The notes under the pieces were generated by a model, which did not search any database, was not told the DNA's origin, and worked only from the letters and a program-made list of their open reading frames with translations. A stretch of 63,676 nucleotides of DNA, filler included, from Octopus bimaculoides (taxonomy: Eukaryota), in the NCBI RefSeq assembly GCF_001194135.2. It is 7 parts of 7 records of this genome, joined end to end, with 100 filler letters (N's around TTAATTAATTAA, not from the genome) between each part and the next. Parts side by side here need not be neighbours in the genome. Positions count along the whole stretch, not along the records: positions 60,392 to 63,676 come from NC_068987.1; 6 more parts are not named here. The stretch is one strand, 5' to 3'. The position numbers and the translations under genes are program-made. Shown in pieces: positions 60,292 through 63,676 of the stretch. How positions within the stretch are numbered: position 1 is the stretch's first letter; each line of letters opens with the position of its first letter.

Positions 60292-61379
60292 NNNNNNNNN
60301 NNNNNNNNNNNNNNNNNNNNNNNNNNNNNNNNNNNTTAATTAATTAANNNNNNNNNNNNNNNNNNNNNNNNNNNNNNNNNNNNNNNNNNNNTGGGTAGCT
60401 GATGAAGTAGAATGTTCTCTATGTGGCTCGTGTGTTCTCGTCTACGTTTGTTTGCAATGTCCTGTACCCAGATATGCACCTATACATACAGGTGGATGTC
60501 GGTATGCACATACCTGTACGTATATATGCATATACTCATTTACTTATATATATATATATATATATAGTCAATTCAAGTAAACGATGAAAAAATACAAACG
60601 TGAGGACGTGCACAAGAAATGTATTAGCTTGACGCTCGGTGACTGTATATATAAAATATGCAACATAGAAAGATAGATACATTATACACCCGCATGCTCG
60701 CGCGCGCGCACCACACATATATACACACACAGGGTAGCAACAGGCATCTGAATGCAGGAGTGTTTTTCTTACTAACGTAAAATCTAAAGCAGTGATATTC
60801 GAAATCCCAATGTTGAATTCAAATGCATATAAACTCAATGAAACATGCTGCTGCTTCTTTTTTCATTTGTATATCCCCTCCCTCCCTCTCTCTCTCTATA
60901 TATATATATTCATACATACATATATGTATGTGTATACATGTCAAAATCGGAGAAGTTTAAAAAATGTTTGGTATTTTGTATTCTCCATTACACATGCTTC
61001 ATTTGCTAATAGGAGTTACAAAATTGTACATGTAAAAAAAATATGTAAGATTATCTCCTATTAGAAATTCTTCAAAATCGAATACTAGGTATTATTATAT
61101 GATTCTCTGAAGTATTTCTAACAGAAGATTTCTTACATGTTTCTTTTACAAGTACAATTTTGCAACTCCTATTAGCAAATGAAACATGTGTAATGGTGAA
61201 TAAAATACCAAAGAGTTTTTTTCCACTCTTGTGTTTTGATGTTTGTCAGTATTTTTCAACTCTTATGCATACTTCACACAAATATAACATCTGCATACGA
61301 CTTTGGAGTGCAGGAATAAATAGGTGTGCTTCAAGAGGACTATAATATGCATACATACATATATATATATACATACATT

Positions 61380-61416
<37 letters not shown>

Positions 61417-61843
61417 ACTTTATACATTTCAGCTATGCACCTGCGGTGTTGCTTGAGCACCGCCTTAAAGGGATTTAGTCGAAGAAACCGACCCCAGAAC
61501 TTATTCTTTGTAAGCCTAGTACTAGTTCTATCGGTCATTTTTGGCGAACCGCTAATTTACGGGGCCATAAACACACCAACATTGGTTATCAAGCGATGGC
61601 GGGAGGATAAACACACACGCACACACACATATGACGGGCTTCTTTCAGTTTCTCTCTCCCAAATCCACTCACAAGGCTTTGGTGGGCCCCAGGCTATAGT
61701 AGAAGACACTCGCCCAAGGTGCCACGCAGTGGAACTGAACCCGGAATCATGTGGTTGGGAAGCAAGCTTCTTACCACACAGCCATACATACGGTTATCCT
61801 GAAGTACAATCAAATTTTTTTATGTGGCTGTGTATATATATAT

Positions 61844-61911
<68 letters not shown>

Positions 61912-63265
61912 CACAATACATGCTGTACTTGTGTGAGAGAGAGAGAGGGGGGAGAGAGATTGGCGGGGTTGTCAAACAAGACCGCATGTCATTCACTAAA
62001 CTTGTTATAATGTCGTTGTACCGAATATATACACAGGCCACCCAACCCTTAACAACTATCAAGTTTACAAAATGGCCTATTTAATATGTAGATTTGTTTG
62101 TCTTGTTTGTATTGTAATTCGTTCTGCCCGTTTGTCGTTATGATCAGTTCGTTAAAATATAAATTCAAATACTTAGACGATTTACACACCCAATGACTTG
62201 ACTGTGATATGGGTAAACAAGGATATAGCTGCTGGAATTGGTTGTTAGCGGTGGCTTGTGCCGACATTTATGTGATGGAAAATATAAACAAAGCCGGTTT
62301 ATATTAGTTATGTGACACAGTGGCGTAGGGACTTAGGTTTCACTATTGAAGATGTACCCCATGTGTGAGTGTGTAGATTCTTATATTCTGGCATTTGCTC
62401 GCTCTCTACATTTTCATTGTAGACGAGAACATTCCCTCCAACAAACACATATCATTCATAACGTATCTTAAATGGCGATACCATGTTAAATTTTGTGGAC
62501 ATCACGCTCCATTATTGTGTCTAGATTAAGATGGTGCCCTTCAGTGGTTCTCAACCATTTTTTTCCTTTGCACTCCTTTAGCACAGGGGCACTAGTCCCT
62601 GCAGATATCTTAAAAGGGGTATTTGCTGGATAGGACAGTACAATATACGACTTCTGCCTCCTTCCCCACAGCCATTCGATGTTTAAAATATCCTATTATA
62701 TTTTTATAATTAAGTATTAAGAACTGTATAAAAAATTGTTGAAGTATTTTGTTTATTGTCGAAGTATAATCAATTTATTGCACACGAATTTTAACAACCA
62801 AAATCTTATATGGACTCCGAAGAGTCATATGGACCCTAGTTGAGAACCACTTGTTGAGTTTGATATTATACACATTTAACGCCTTCAACTACATACAATT
62901 TTATATTTCTAAATTATAGATATTTGCAAAAGCATAAATACAATCCATGATTTACCCGCCAAAGCGTGCACAGACTACAGACAAGAGCTTCACTACATAA
63001 AAAAAGAAGTTATCGATGTATTTGAATACCATGTTTATTATTTCTATGCAGTGGAGATGGATTGACAGAAATCTGTAGGGGCGTTAGACAAAATTCATTG
63101 TCGTATTAAGTTTATATTGTTTTACGTTCTGATTTCAAATTCCACCTGAGTCAACTTTACCTTTCATCCTTCCGTGATGGATAAAATAAATACCAATAGG
63201 GTTCAAGTACTGGATTTGTGAGGCTAATGGAAATTCTGTGGCATTGCTCATATGTTAGAAATCAG

Positions 63266-63341
63266 TTACTTTTATCAATTGACGAAGGAGGGTTACGGAC
63301 TGTCCGACATGTACAGGTTGTTTTCGGTGGTGACACAATTG
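63266..63341 (+). CDS. Candidate isolated exon, product unidentified
   Basis: AATCAG acceptor (or GACGAAG, start 63288) and consensus donor G|GTGAGT; open as YFYQLTKEGYGLSDMYRLFSVVTQL. Confidence 0.35.
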
Positions 63342-63676
63342 GTGAGTAATGTGCTCAACTTTCACAGCTTCTTTGTCAAGAACTAAATGACGGCGCGTTA
63401 CTTTCTGCTTGGAATCAATTATAGTGAAGAAGAATAGAAAGCTGAATTACTATAGAACTGTTACTTCATCAACGTGTGCAGATTAAACGGCATATATAAA
63501 TTAATAAAAGAGTTATGCTCACTTTTGCATCGCTTTCGGTACTGCCTTCGTACATTTCTGGATAGCCTCTTATCTCCGAACTAGGGCTCGAAACCGGTTT
63601 TATATTATGATCAGTAAAACCGAAACGGATTTGCCAAAACCGATTTTAATGCTTGTTGCTTCTTTTTTTTTTTTTT

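Noticed and set aside
63555-63600. CTGGATAGCC...GGCTCGAAACCGGT, reminiscent of a Penelope hammerhead
   Set aside because: The core is not CUGANGA and no stem I partner was found; too degenerate to call.

Overview
Eukaryotic, AT-rich, microsatellite- and SINE-dense genomic DNA whose repeat families and gene content point to a coleoid cephalopod, most likely Octopus (inference, no search run). The window is not one continuous molecule. Six identical 100-nt spacers (44 N + TTAATTAATTAA + 44 N) split it into seven pieces: 1-13414, 13515-18483, 18584-33254, 33355-41366, 41467-45449, 45550-60291 and 60392-63676. Supported genes: (1) a C2H2 zinc-finger gene with 7 fingers in one coding exon (4601-5350, minus); (2) seven consecutive, phase-compatible exons of the HECT E3 ligase UBE3C (19264-29193, plus; both ends of the gene are missing); (3) the last three coding exons of a fibronectin-type-III + von Willebrand C protein (52580-55681, plus). 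There are also a few orphan exon candidates. Mobile DNA includes a full-length decayed DD37D (maT) Tc1/mariner element, several MITEs with intact target-site duplications, CR1 and RTE-like 3' ends, and at least four tRNA-derived SINE families. The best hunt candidate is at 1720-2060: a tRNA-headed SINE-like unit whose 3' part is a Penelope-type minimal hammerhead-ribozyme motif, with an inverted copy of that module on its 5' side. A second, unrelated hammerhead relic lies at 60183-60215. SINE copies also appear to record gene-body CpG methylation.
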